DNA of 62,161 nt, counting the filler. It is 6 parts of 6 records of this genome, joined end to end, with 100 filler letters (N's around TTAATTAATTAA, not from the genome) between each part and the next. Parts side by side here need not be neighbours in the genome. Positions count along the whole stretch, not along the records: positions 35,229 to 42,971 come from DRR723986_18211; positions 43,072 to 49,818 come from DRR723986_18217; positions 49,919 to 55,846 come from DRR723986_18228; 3 more parts are not named here. One strand, written 5' to 3'. The notes under the pieces are model-generated. The model made no database searches and was not told the origin of the DNA. It saw only the letters and a list, made by a program, of their open reading frames with translations. This document shows, piece after piece, positions 39,334-50,016 of this stretch. How positions within the stretch are numbered: position 1 is the stretch's first letter; the number at the start of each line of letters is the position of its first letter. The position numbers and the translations under genes are program-made.

Positions 39334-40827
39334 ATGGTTAAACAGATTTCACGAAGAGTATTACTTGGGTCGTTGGGCGCGTTTGTGGCGCAAGGGGCGG
39401 CTTGGGCAAATGCGCCGGTACGGTCGTTGCGGCCGCAGGCGCGGGGACAGGCGGCGCTGGCTTTGGCGAAGGTTGGTCCAGAGGATTTAATTGCCAAGGC
39501 AGGATTGAAGGGCGAGGTGGCGTTTGCTGTGGCTGACGTCAAATCCGGGTCGGCGTTAGAGAATGTTGGGGGGGCGACGGGGTTGCCCCCAGCGAGTGTC
39601 GCCAAGGCGTTGACGGCGCTTTATGCGTTGGATGTGTTGGGCGGCGGATACCAGTTTGAAACGCGGGTGCTGGCAACGGGGCCGGTAAAGAACGGCGTGT
39701 TGCGGGGGGATCTAATCCTTGCGGGGGGCGGTGATCCGACCTTGGATACCACCACATTGGCCGAGATGGCGCGTCAGCTGAAGGCGGCGGGTGTGCGTGA
39801 GGTGCGCGGGGCGTTCAAGGTGTATGATGGGGCGTTGCCGCAGGTTCATACCATTGATCGGGATCAGCCAGACCATGTGGGATACAGCCCGGGTGTGTCG
39901 GGGATCGCGTTGAATTTCAACCGGGTGCATTTCGAGTGGAAGCGAACCAGCAAGGGGTATGGCGTCACGATGGACGCGCGCACGGCCAAGTATCGCCCTG
40001 AGGTGGCGATGGCGCAGATGCGGGTCGTGAATCGCCAGTTGCCGGTCTATACCTATGAAGAGACGCCACGGATCGACAAGTGGACGGTGGCGCGTGGTGC
40101 GCTGGGCAAGGGCGGGGCGCGGTGGTTGCCGGTGCGCAAGCCGGCGCTGTATGCCGGGGACGTGTTCCAGACCATGGCGCGCGCTAACGGCATTGTGCTG
40201 AAGAAGGTCAAAGTGGTGCAGAGCCTGCCGACGAGCTCGGTCTTGGTGACCCATCGCAGTGTGCCGCTGGAACGTATTCTCAAGGCGATGCTGAAGTATT
40301 CCAACAATCTGACGGCAGAGATGGTTGGGATGACGGCCACAGCGGCGCGGGGCAAGCGGCCATCTTCGCTGAAGGATTCTGCGTCAGCCATGAGCCGTTG
40401 GGCTGCTGGCAAGTATGGAATGAAAAACACGCGGTTGGTGGATCATTCCGGGCTGGGATCGGCGTCGCGGATGACGCCGCAGGATCTGGTCGGGGCGTTG
40501 GTGCAGGTGCGCAAGGCGGGTGGGCTACGTCACATGCTGAAACCGTTCAAGATGCGGGATTCAAGTGGACGTGTGATGAGCAAGCATCCGGTCAAGGTGG
40601 ATGCCAAAACCGGCACGTTGAATTTTGTGTCAGGATTGGGTGGGTTTATGACCGCGACCGATGGCACCGAATTGGCATTTGCCATCTTTACTGCGGACAC
40701 CGCGACCAGATCGCGGATCAAGCGCGCTGATCGGGAAGTGCCGCCGGGCGCTCGGACGTGGAACCGCCGCTCGAAGCAGCTTCAGCAAAAGCTGATCGAG
40801 CGATGGGCCGTGTTGTACGGAAGCTAA
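39334..40827 (+). CDS. dacB: D-alanyl-D-alanine carboxypeptidase/endopeptidase (PBP4, peptidase S13)
   Basis: PASVAK (SxxK), GGGDPTL, YSNN, DHSGL, AKTGTL; Tat-like SRRVLL signal. Confidence 0.92.
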   Translation: MVKQISRRVLLGSLGAFVAQGAAWANAPVRSLRPQARGQAALALAKVGPEDLIAKAGLKGEVAFAVADVKSGSALENVGGATGLPPASVAKALTALYALDVLGGGYQFETRVLATGPVKNGVLRGDLILAGGGDPTLDTTTLAEMARQLKAAGVREVRGAFKVYDGALPQVHTIDRDQPDHVGYSPGVSGIALNFNRVHFEWKRTSKGYGVTMDARTAKYRPEVAMAQMRVVNRQLPVYTYEETPRIDKWTVARGALGKGGARWLPVRKPALYAGDVFQTMARANGIVLKKVKVVQSLPTSSVLVTHRSVPLERILKAMLKYSNNLTAEMVGMTATAARGKRPSSLKDSASAMSRWAAGKYGMKNTRLVDHSGLGSASRMTPQDLVGALVQVRKAGGLRHMLKPFKMRDSSGRVMSKHPVKVDAKTGTLNFVSGLGGFMTATDGTELAFAIFTADTATRSRIKRADREVPPGARTWNRRSKQLQQKLIERWAVLYGS

Positions 40828-40851
40828 GGTATTTGAGCCTCGCGGCGTGTT

Positions 40852-41274
40852 TTAGATGACGTGGCGCGCCCGTGCGCCGCGTTCAATCGCTGCGGCATGC
40901 AGGCGGTCGATGCTGAGCTCGTACCGGATTTCTTCCAGCAGGCGCAGTTCGGATTCAGCCAGGTTTCCATCGGCGGCAGCAACGTCACACGCTAGCGCAT
41001 AGGCAGTTTCATAGAGCCGTTCGGGCAGGTTATCGCGTGTCAGGCCAAACAGGGCATCTAGCCCGTCTTCCTGTTCAAACAGGTCAAATACAATTGACGA
41101 GACGCGGTTGATGCGGTCGATGTCATAATCCGCAAAAACGGGCAGCATATTCACGGCGGATTGGATTTTGACCAGTTCGGCGGTGCGGATGTTCTCGTCA
41201 GATGCAGAGACGGCGACCATGATCGCCACGAGACAATCTTGTGGGGTCAGGGAATGAGGGGTTTGCGCGTTCAT
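40852..41274 (-). CDS. TerB family tellurite-resistance-like protein
   Basis: VSASDENIRTAEL, ETAYALACDVAAADG, AAAIERGARAR. Confidence 0.85.
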   Translation of the reverse strand: MNAQTPHSLTPQDCLVAIMVAVSASDENIRTAELVKIQSAVNMLPVFADYDIDRINRVSSIVFDLFEQEDGLDALFGLTRDNLPERLYETAYALACDVAAADGNLAESELRLLEEIRYELSIDRLHAAAIERGARARHVI

Positions 41275-41363
41275 TAATCCGTATCCTGCTAATATGTTGC
41301 ATGGCTAAGATACGGTCGGGGGCGGGTGTACACAACACCCGCCTGTGTCTTTTACTGCGGCAA

Positions 41364-41822
41364 TCAAGCGTTGGCAGTGAAACGGTATTCGATATCTTCG
41401 AAATTTGGGGTCGCGAACCCATAAGTGAACCGCAGGCCGTTCTCACCCGCCTGGGTGCCATGTTCTGCGCCACCGGGGACATAGATGGCGATGCCGGGGG
41501 CGATTTTGTGCGGGACGCCGTCGATGGTGACGATACCGTCGCCGTCCAGCCCGAGATAGAATTCGGGGGGATCATGGCGATGGGGCAGCAAGCGGCCGTG
41601 GGGTTCGAATTCAGCAATGCCCAGAACCATATCACGAGGCGTGTCAGCGGTGCCATTGATCAGGGTGCGCCAGCGGACCTCGCCGTAGGTGGGATCGGTG
41701 CCACCTGACAGCGGCACATGGGCGGCATCAATGACCAAGGGGGCGTGGGGTAGGTTGCTGGGTTGGTGCAAGATTTCGGTATCACTGAAATCGGTAGCCA
41801 ATGTGTTGAGTTCATCTGTCAT
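41364..41822 (-). CDS. dddW: cupin DMSP lyase DddW
   Basis: 152 aa with H81, H83, E87, Y89 and H121 at the positions described for Ruegeria pomeroyi DddW; GGTDPTYG.V.WRTLING and DMVLGIAEF segments; divergent LysR gene. Confidence 0.85.
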   Translation of the reverse strand: MTDELNTLATDFSDTEILHQPSNLPHAPLVIDAAHVPLSGGTDPTYGEVRWRTLINGTADTPRDMVLGIAEFEPHGRLLPHRHDPPEFYLGLDGDGIVTIDGVPHKIAPGIAIYVPGGAEHGTQAGENGLRFTYGFATPNFEDIEYRFTANA

Positions 41823-41898
41823 GGTGGGCTCCTTTCTGTCTGGGGTCAGTTAGGAGGGGTTGCGTGATTTGGGCAATACACTAAAACTGAATGAGATT

Positions 41899-41913
41899 AT
41901 ACGCTGAGGTTAT
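41899..41913. promoter_or_regulatory. putative LysR (T-N11-A) binding box in the dddW/LysR divergent region
   Basis: ATA-CGCTGAGGT-TAT dyad ending 5 nt before the LysR start codon. Confidence 0.5.
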
Positions 41914-41918
41914 GGTAG

Positions 41919-42800
41919 ATGGAGCGACTTCCGGGGTTTTCAGGGCTGACCGCATTCTATGCGGCGGCACGCCATGGTACACTGACGGCGGCGGCGCAGG
42001 AGCTAAATGTGTCGCAACCGGCAATCTCACGCAGGATTGCGGCGTTGGAGGCGGATTTAGAGGTTCCGTTGTTTGACCGAAGCCGCAAACCAGTGCGCTT
42101 AACGCAGGCAGGTAAGGATCTACTGAAGGCGCTGCATGGTGGATTTGGTCAGATCGAAAGTGCGGTTGCACAGATCCGACAAGCGGCACAGGGTCGGGTT
42201 GTAACCGTAACTGCACCGTCTGGGTTCGTGGCGTTCTGGCTGATCCCGCGGTTGGGAGAATTGGAAGATGCATTTCCAGATGTGACGATTCGGATCATAA
42301 GCCAAGAGTATGGTGAGGCGGTGCGTCCCGGTGACATCGTGATCCGGTTCGGGTTGCCCGAAGAGGGCGAGGAAACCCGTCTGTTGGGCGAGGCTGTGTT
42401 TCCGGTGGCCAGCCCGCTCTATCTGGCAAAGCGGGGGATGAGCGGGGCGGACTATGATCTGTCTGCGATGACCTTGCTGACAATGGAGACCGCGCGCAGC
42501 CACTGGCACGACTGGCCCAGTTGGTTTCGGTCTGCGGGGGTCGAACGGCCCAAGGGCAGTCGGGTGTTGGATTTCAATTCCTACGCGATGCTGGTGAATG
42601 CGGCCCTTGCGGGGCAGGGCGTTGGCTTGTGTTGGGACGGGGTGCTGGACAGTTTTCTGGAGACGGGGGCGATGACTCGGTTAGAGGGGCCACATGCGAT
42701 TTCGGCGCGCGGATATTTCCTGATGGCACGCGATGGATTGGCCGCAGATCGTCCTGTGCAGGATATTTTGCACTGGATCGCGGGAAAGGGGCAGAAATAG
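41919..42800 (+). CDS. LysR family (GcvA-like) regulator, probable dddW regulator
   Basis: HTH AAAQELNVSQPAISRRI..LE; WLIPRL; AALAGQGV. Confidence 0.92.
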   Translation: MERLPGFSGLTAFYAAARHGTLTAAAQELNVSQPAISRRIAALEADLEVPLFDRSRKPVRLTQAGKDLLKALHGGFGQIESAVAQIRQAAQGRVVTVTAPSGFVAFWLIPRLGELEDAFPDVTIRIISQEYGEAVRPGDIVIRFGLPEEGEETRLLGEAVFPVASPLYLAKRGMSGADYDLSAMTLLTMETARSHWHDWPSWFRSAGVERPKGSRVLDFNSYAMLVNAALAGQGVGLCWDGVLDSFLETGAMTRLEGPHAISARGYFLMARDGLAADRPVQDILHWIAGKGQK

Positions 42801-42905
42801 TGCCTGTTTAGGGGGCGCTTTCTTGACTCATGCCGCAGTTGCACAATAGGAGAAAACGGTTGGGCGCATGGGGCGTTCGACATCCCTTCCCCTATGGAGA
42901 CTAAT

Positions 42906-42971
42906 ATGTCTGATCTGCGTGAAACCGCTCTTGCGTCCAAGGCCTGGCCTTTTGAAGAAGCGCGCCGGGTG
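42906..42971 (+). CDS. lysS: class I lysine--tRNA ligase, N-terminal fragment
   Basis: GGAG RBS then MSDLRETALASKAWPFEEARRV; WPFEEAR is the typical alphaproteobacterial LysRS1 start. Truncated by the contig end. Confidence 0.8.
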
Positions 42972-43071
42972 NNNNNNNNNNNNNNNNNNNNNNNNNNNNN
43001 NNNNNNNNNNNNNNNTTAATTAATTAANNNNNNNNNNNNNNNNNNNNNNNNNNNNNNNNNNNNNNNNNNNN
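42972..43071. other. artificial contig spacer
   Basis: 44 N + TTAATTAATTAA + 44 N. Confidence 0.99.
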
Positions 43072-43117
43072 CACTAGCACCTGAAGCTAGCGCGTCTACC
43101 AATTCCGCCATCTGGGC
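43072..43117 (-). tRNA. tRNA-Leu(CAG), 3'-truncated
   Basis: Reverse complement GCCCAGATGGCGGAATTGGTAGACGCG-CTAGC-TTCAGGT-GCTAG-TG. Confidence 0.9.
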
Positions 43118-43217
43118 ATTTTCGAGAGGGCACGTTCAAGAAATGGTGCGCGGGATTTAGCCCGCGCACGCGGCACTGTCAAGTGTCATTGATGAGCGGC
43201 GCCCCTCTGCGCGCGCC

Positions 43218-44048
43218 TCAAATAATGCCCGCGCCGATGAGCGCAAACAGGCCTATACCAAGCACAATGCGGTAAACCACAAACACGGTCATGCTGGCAC
43301 GCGCCAACCAGCGCATGAGGAAATGGATGGCAAGCAGTGCCGCTACACACGACAGCGCCGCCGCAATTGCAGCGTCTCCCATCAGGGCCATGTTAGCTTC
43401 ATCAATTGCCTTCAGGGTTGTTGCTGTACCAGAGGCAATGATGGCCGGAATGGACAGCAGCATGGAAAAGCGCGCCGCCTCAACCCGCGAAAACCCAAGC
43501 CATCGCGCCGCTGTCATGGTTACACCCGAACGGCTGGTGCCGGGAATAAGCGCAAGCACTTGCGCCAAGCCTATCAGCAGCGCGGGTTTAATAGCCATTT
43601 GTTCGGTGGTTTTGTCAGTCGTGCCACGTTTGTCTGCAATATACAGAAGAATGCCAAAAATAATTGATGTGGCGGCGATCACCTTTGCACTGCGTAGCAG
43701 GTCGTTTGCATCGGTCGCGACCATAATGCCCCCAACGATTACCATCGGGATGGTGGCAATCACCATGGCCCAGAATAACTTATGGTAGTGGCTGCCCTCA
43801 ATGGCCCTGCGGGCTGGGGCGATGCCGATGCTACCAAGGCCTGCCAGCGCTAAGCCTTTGGTGTCGCGCCAAAAATAGGCCAGTACGGCAACCAATGTAC
43901 CCACATGAACGGCTACATCCATCAATAGGCCCTGATCTGGCCAGCCGGTGAGTGCGGGCACGAGTATCAAATGGCCTGACGAGCTAATGGGCAAAAATTC
44001 GGTAATGCCCTGCACCAAGGCGAGGAGGAGTATTTGAATGATTGTCAC
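43218..44048 (-). CDS. uppP: undecaprenyl-diphosphate phosphatase
   Basis: VQGITEFLPISSSGHL, HVGTL, PGTSRSGVT, AARFSMLLSIP. Confidence 0.96.
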   Translation of the reverse strand: MTIIQILLLALVQGITEFLPISSSGHLILVPALTGWPDQGLLMDVAVHVGTLVAVLAYFWRDTKGLALAGLGSIGIAPARRAIEGSHYHKLFWAMVIATIPMVIVGGIMVATDANDLLRSAKVIAATSIIFGILLYIADKRGTTDKTTEQMAIKPALLIGLAQVLALIPGTSRSGVTMTAARWLGFSRVEAARFSMLLSIPAIIASGTATTLKAIDEANMALMGDAAIAAALSCVAALLAIHFLMRWLARASMTVFVVYRIVLGIGLFALIGAGII

Positions 44049-44470
44049 GTATGGTTCCCTTGTCAGTTATTTGGTGCTCAAACTCACAAGAAGCTATCTC
44101 GCAGATAAAGTATGGAACTGCAACTGATTCGGCCGTTGATATAAACCTGGAGGACTGTTTTTCATCTTAGAAACAAACATATAATACCACATCAGTACTA
44201 AATGGTGTATATTTACAAGAAATTTGAGAAAAAATAGGAAATAGAAACATTTTTAGGTCAGTATTATTGCCCTATGTGGTGTTTTTCACTTAATTTTTTG
44301 AACAATTGAACATATACTACGCATTCAACACATAAATGATTGCGAAAATTACAATAAATTTAAGTTGTTAAAACGGTTCTTTGGTTCAGCGGTAGCTGAC
44401 ACTTCACCGCATGGACCAGCTCTCACTCTGTCAAAGCTTGCTTTGCTGAGTTTACACAAAAGGGAATGAA

Positions 44471-45898
44471 ATGGCCGATGATCTGTTAAAATTTGTCTCC
44501 ATCGACCAAAAAATGCCAGAAAAGCGCGAGCCAGACAGCCGCCGCCTGGATTTCGATGAAATTTATGCTGAATTTGACCCGAAGGCCGCTGAAGAACAGG
44601 CCAGCCGTTGTAGCCAGTGTGGTGTGCCTTTTTGTCATATTCATTGCCCTTTGGGTAATAACATCCCCGATTGGCTTAAGCTTACTGCAGAGGGTAGGCT
44701 TGAAGAAGCCTATGAAATGGCATCGGCCACTAATAATATGCCCGAAATATGCGGGCGTATTTGCCCGCAAGACCGCTTATGTGAAGGTAGCTGTGTCATT
44801 GAAAAAGACTTTGATGCGGTCACCATTGGAAGTGTAGAAAAATATATTGCTGATACCGCGTGGGAACAGGGCTGGGTTAAGCCTATTACACCGGTTGCAG
44901 AGCGCCCTGAATCGGTTGGCATTATAGGTGCCGGCCCTGCCGGTTTAGCCGCGGCAGAGCAAATGCGCCTGGCCGGGTTTCAGGTACATATTTACGACCG
45001 GTATGACCGTGCTGGCGGCCTGCTTGTATATGGAATTCCGGGTTTTAAGCTTGAAAAAGAGGTTGTTGGTCGCCGTACCGGCAGGCTGGAGCAATCAGGC
45101 ATTATTTTTCATTTAGACTTTGAAGTTGGCCGGGAAGAAACATTATCTGATCTGCGCGAAAAACATGATGCCTTGCTTATTGCAACAGGGGTGTACCGAT
45201 CGCGCGGCCTGAAAGTGCCGGGCGTTGGGCTTGGTAATATCCGCGAAGCTTTAGATTATCTGGTGGCGTCAAACCGCAAAAGTTTTGGTGATACCGTGCC
45301 TGAATTTGATAGCGGCGCCCTTAATGCAAAGGGTAAAAACATAGTGGTTATAGGCGGCGGCGACACGGCGATGGACTGTGTTCGTACTGCGGTTCGCCAA
45401 GGTGCAAAGTCGGTTAAATGCCTCTACCGCCGCGACCGGGAAAACATGCCCGGCTCAGCCCAGGAAGTAAAAAACGCCGAAGAAGAAGGTGTTGAATTTG
45501 TCTGGCTTGTAGGGCCTGAAGCCTTTGTTGGTGACAAAGATGTTGCTGGGGTGCGCGCGTATCAAATGCGACTGGGCGCACCAGATTCAACCGGACGCCA
45601 AGCACCAGAGCCGGTGCCGGATAGCGCATTCCAACTGGACTGTGATCTAGCCATCATGGCTCTGGGTTTCGAGCCGGAAGACTTGCCTGCCCTCTTTGGT
45701 GCGCCCGAGCTTAGGGTCAGTCGGTGGGGAACCGTTACCGTGAATCATCAAAGCATGATGACCAATCTGGACGGCGTTTTCGCCGCGGGAGACATTGTGC
45801 GAGGTGCATCACTAGTGGTTTGGGCCATTCGCGATGGCCGTGACGCCGCAACGTCGATGATCAAATTTTTAAATGAAAAAGCACGCGCTGCAGCCTAA
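44471..45898 (+). CDS. gltD: glutamate synthase small (beta) subunit
   Basis: RCSQCGVPFC..CP, GRICPQDRLCEGSC, GAGPAG, GGGDTAMDC, GDIVRGASLVVWAI. Confidence 0.96.
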   Translation: MADDLLKFVSIDQKMPEKREPDSRRLDFDEIYAEFDPKAAEEQASRCSQCGVPFCHIHCPLGNNIPDWLKLTAEGRLEEAYEMASATNNMPEICGRICPQDRLCEGSCVIEKDFDAVTIGSVEKYIADTAWEQGWVKPITPVAERPESVGIIGAGPAGLAAAEQMRLAGFQVHIYDRYDRAGGLLVYGIPGFKLEKEVVGRRTGRLEQSGIIFHLDFEVGREETLSDLREKHDALLIATGVYRSRGLKVPGVGLGNIREALDYLVASNRKSFGDTVPEFDSGALNAKGKNIVVIGGGDTAMDCVRTAVRQGAKSVKCLYRRDRENMPGSAQEVKNAEEEGVEFVWLVGPEAFVGDKDVAGVRAYQMRLGAPDSTGRQAPEPVPDSAFQLDCDLAIMALGFEPEDLPALFGAPELRVSRWGTVTVNHQSMMTNLDGVFAAGDIVRGASLVVWAIRDGRDAATSMIKFLNEKARAAA

Positions 45899-45912
45899 GC
45901 CCGGAGAGAGAT

Positions 45913-48900
45913 ATGATAGCCGATTATAACGAGCATTTTCCGGGGCCGCATGGCCTGTATGACCCCGCGGAAGAACGTGACGCCTGCGGTGTTGGTCTTG
46001 TGGCTGCGCTAGATGGCCGACCGAACCGTGACGTGGTTTTGCGCGGTATTGAAGCGCTTAAGGCGATTTGGCACCGCGGCGCTGTGGACGCAGACGGCAA
46101 AACCGGTGACGGCGCTGGCATTAACCTTGAGCTGCCGCAGGAGTTTTTCAAAGAACATGTGAAGGCTACCGGACACGAACCAACGGACAGCAAGTTGGCA
46201 ATTGGCATGGCTTTTTTGCCGCGTCTTGACCTTGCCGCGCAGGAAATGTGCCGCACAATCGTTGAAACCGAAATTTTGCGGTTTGGCTATACAATATATG
46301 GCTGGCGCCAAGTGCCAGTGGATATCTCCGTTATTGGCCCAAAGGCTGAAGCCACCCGCCCCGAGATCGAACAGATTATGATCGAAAACTCTAAGGGTGT
46401 GGACGAAGACACTTTTGAGCGGCATTTGTATCTTATCCGCCGACGGATTGAGCGATCAGCCATCGCGGCGCAAGTGCCGGGCTTTTATATCTGCTCTCTG
46501 TCGTGCCGGTCAGTTATTTATAAAGGCCTGTTTTTGGCCGAACAGTTGGCAACCTTTTACCCGGACCTGCAAGATGACGGCTTTATTTCTTCCTTTGCCG
46601 TGTATCACCAGCGTTATTCGACCAATACATTCCCACAATGGTGGTTGGCACAGCCATTTCGCATGATTGCCCACAACGGCGAGATAAACACCATTCGGGG
46701 TAATAAAAACTGGATGAAAAGCCACCAAATTCGCATGGCTTCGATCGCTTTTGGTGAGAATTCGGAAGATATCAAACCGGTTATACCAAACGGCGCGTCT
46801 GATTCTGCCGCACTTGATGCTGTTTTTGAAGTGATGGTGCGAGCAGGCCGCTCTGCCCCCATGGTGAAAACATTGTTGGTACCGGAGGCATGGTCAAAAA
46901 AGGCCTCCATACCGCAGGCACACCTTAATATGTACACTTATACCAACTCGGTTATGGAGCCATGGGATGGCCCTGCTGCGCTTGCCGCATGCGACGGGCG
47001 CTGGGTTATGGCCGGTTTGGATAGGAACGGCCTTAGGCCCATGCGCTACACTGTGACCAATGATGGCTTCTTGCTGGTGGGCTCGGAAACCGGCATGGTT
47101 GTTGTTGACGAGGATACCGTGCGAGAAAAAGGCGCGCTTGGACCAGGGCAAATGGTGGCGCTCGATCTTAAAGAAGGGCGTTTTTATCACGACCGGGAAA
47201 TTAAAGACCGGCTTGCAGCCTCTCAGCCGTTTGAAGAGTGGGTTGATGACATTAAAGCCATTGAAGATTTGCCCGGCTACAAAGGGCCAGAGGCACCCAC
47301 CTTCAAAGGTGATGAGCTACGCACGCGCCAAATGATGGCGGGCCTGACCCACGAAGATATTGAAGTTATTCTCCAACCACAGGTGATGACCAGCAAGGAA
47401 GCCATAGGCTCAATGGGTGATGACACACCGCTTGCCGTGCTCTCCAGCCAATATAGAAATTTGTCGCATTATTTTCGACAAAACTTTAGTCAGGTTACCA
47501 ATCCGCCTATCGACAGTTTGCGGGAACACAGAGTGATGAGCTTGAAATCCAGGTTTGGTAATTTTGCCAATGTTCTGGATGAAGGGCATACCCAAGCCGA
47601 TTCCATTGTGCTGGACAGTCCGGTGATTTCAAACCGTGAGTGGCAGACCTTGATCAAACATTTTGATTCCTCTGCCGAGGTCATTGATTGCACGTTTGAA
47701 GTAAACGGGGGCCAAGATGCGCTTAGAACTGCGTTGCAACGTATTTCGCGCGAGGCGGAAGACGCGGTGCGTGAAGGTCGTGGTCATTTATTTTTATCAG
47801 ATGAAAACATAAGCGCAGACAGGGCGCCAGTACCGATGATATTGGCGACAGGCGGTTTGCACACCCATTTGGTTAACCAAGGCTTGCGCACCTTCACCAG
47901 CCTGAATGTACGCTCGGCAGAATGCCTCGACCCGCATTATTTTGCTGTTTTAATCGGTGCAGGTGCAACAACGGTAAACGCGTATCTGGTGCAAGACACA
48001 ATTGCAGAGCGCCACGCCAAAGGCCTATTCGGTGAGTTTGACCTCACCACCTGTATCAACCGTGCTATTGAGGCAATTGACCAAGGCTTGCTTAAAATTA
48101 TGTCCAAGATGGGCATTTCGGTTATCTCCAGTTATCGCGGCGGCAATAATTTCGAGGCACTGGGTTTGTCTCGGGCGCTTGTGGCAGAGTTTTTCCCCGG
48201 CATGCCGACCAAAATTTCCGGCATTGGCCTTGCGGGCGTACAGCAAAAGGTGTTGGAGCAGCACAGTAAGGCTTTCCTTGAAGGCAACCTTGCCCTGCCC
48301 ATTGGCGGGCTGTACAGGTATCGCCGCGACGGCGAAGTACATAGTCACGATGGTCAACTCATTCATATGCTGCAGTCGGCGGTTGGTAACGATAGCTACG
48401 CTAAATATCTGACCTATTCGCGCGGCTTGGCCAACCTGCCACCGGTAAACTTGCGCGACCTGCTGGATTTCCGCCGCCCCGAAGAACCTCTTGCACTTGA
48501 GGAAGTGGAATCGATCACGGAAATTCGCAAACGGTTTATTACGCCGGGTATGTCATTGGGGGCGCTTTCTAAAGAAGCCCACGAAACATTGGCGATTGCC
48601 ATGAACCGCATTGGGGCCAAGTCCGTATCTGGCGAAGGCGGTGAAGACAAGCGGCGGTTTACCCCGTTTGAAAATGGTGACAATGCTAACAGTCCGATCA
48701 AACAAATTGCCTCTGGTCGCTTTGGTGTAACGGCAGAATATCTAAACGCCTGCGATGAACTGGAAATTAAAGTGGCGCAGGGCGCCAAGCCCGGCGAAGG
48801 TGGGCAGTTGCCTGGTTTTAAGGTGACGGAGATGATTGCGAAATTGCGGCACTCAACTCCGGGGGTCACGCTTATTTCGCCGCCGCCGCACCACGATATC

Positions 48901-49818
48901 TATTCGATAGAAGACTTAGCCCAGCTGATTTATGACCTGAAACAAATAAACCCGCAGGCAAAGGTTTGCGTCAAGCTGGTGTCGTCCGCCGGTATTGGTA
49001 CCATCGCGGCAGGCGTGGCGAAAGCCCATGCGGATGTGATCTTGATTTCCGGCCACTCTGGTGGCACAGGCGCCAGCCCGCAAACCAGCATCAAATATGC
49101 TGGCACCCCGTGGGAAATTGGGCTGGCAGAGGTTAATCAGGTGCTGACACTGAATAACCTGCGCCACCGCGTAACCTTGCGCACCGACGGTGGCATTAAA
49201 ACGGGTCGTGATGTGGTGATCGCAGCCATGCTCGGTGCAGAAGAATACGGTGTTGGTACAGCCTCGCTGGTGGCAATGGGTTGTATTATGGTACGTCAAT
49301 GCCATTCAAATACATGCCCTGTGGGTATATGCACTCAGGACGAAAAGCTGCGTGCTAAGTTTGATGGTAGTGCAGAAAAAGTTGTTAATTTATTTAGCTT
49401 TATAGCTGAAGAAACCCGTGAAATTCTGGCGGAATTGGGCGTTGAACACTTAAACGATATTATTGGTCGTACAGACCTGTTGCATCAGGTTAGCCGGGGC
49501 GCTGACCATTTAGATGATTTGGACCTAAACCCATTGCTTGTGCAGGTAAGCGGACGGAACACCAAGTTGGTTTGCACTGTTGAAGGCCGCAACCCTGTGC
49601 CTGATACGCTGGATGCTCAGATGCTGAAAGATGCGCAGGCAGTGTTTAGTCGCGGTGAAAAAATGCAGCTAACATACTCCGTACAAAATACTTTGCGGGC
49701 TATCGGTACACGTTTTTCCAGCGAAATTACTCGCACATTTGGTATGACCGGACTAAAGCCCGACCATGTAACGGTGCGCTTGCGGGGTTCTGCGGGTCAG
49801 TCATTGGGCGCATTTGCG
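45913..49818 (+). CDS. gltB: glutamate synthase large (alpha) subunit, 3'-truncated
   Basis: DACGVG (Ntn Cys), HQRYSTNT, HNGEINT, QGAKPGEGGQLPG, SPPPHHDIYSIEDL, CIMVRQCHSNTCPVG. Confidence 0.98.
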
Positions 49819-49918
49819 NNNNNNNNNNNNNNNNNNNNNNNNNNNNNNNNNNNNNNNNNNNNTTAATTAATTAANNNNNNNNNNNNNNNNNNNNNNNNNN
49901 NNNNNNNNNNNNNNNNNN
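49819..49918. other. artificial contig spacer
   Basis: 44 N + TTAATTAATTAA + 44 N. Confidence 0.99.
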
Positions 49919-49919
49919 A

Positions 49920-49945
49920 GGGTCGAGCCCTTAGGGCTGGATCCC
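49920..49945. repeat. REP-like palindrome at contig start
   Basis: GGGTCGAGCCC-TTA-GGGCTGGATCCC; the left arm is the exact reverse complement of the first 11 nt of fragment 6. Confidence 0.55.
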
Positions 49946-50016
49946 GTGGCTTCCAAGACTCAAATCACTCAAATCCCACATAACATCCCATCAACTTCCC
50001 AGACTTTCCCCGAGAC

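Noticed and set aside
36254-41274. TerB gene plus orphan nuclease as a ter-type defence cluster
   Set aside because: Three ordinary genes (nadD, DMT, dacB) separate them, and the TerB gene has host-like GC. No linkage is supported.
44049-44470. AT-rich 420-nt gap between uppP and gltD as an ncRNA or foreign insert
   Set aside because: No convincing stable structure, repeat or ORF was found. It is consistent with a divergent promoter region.
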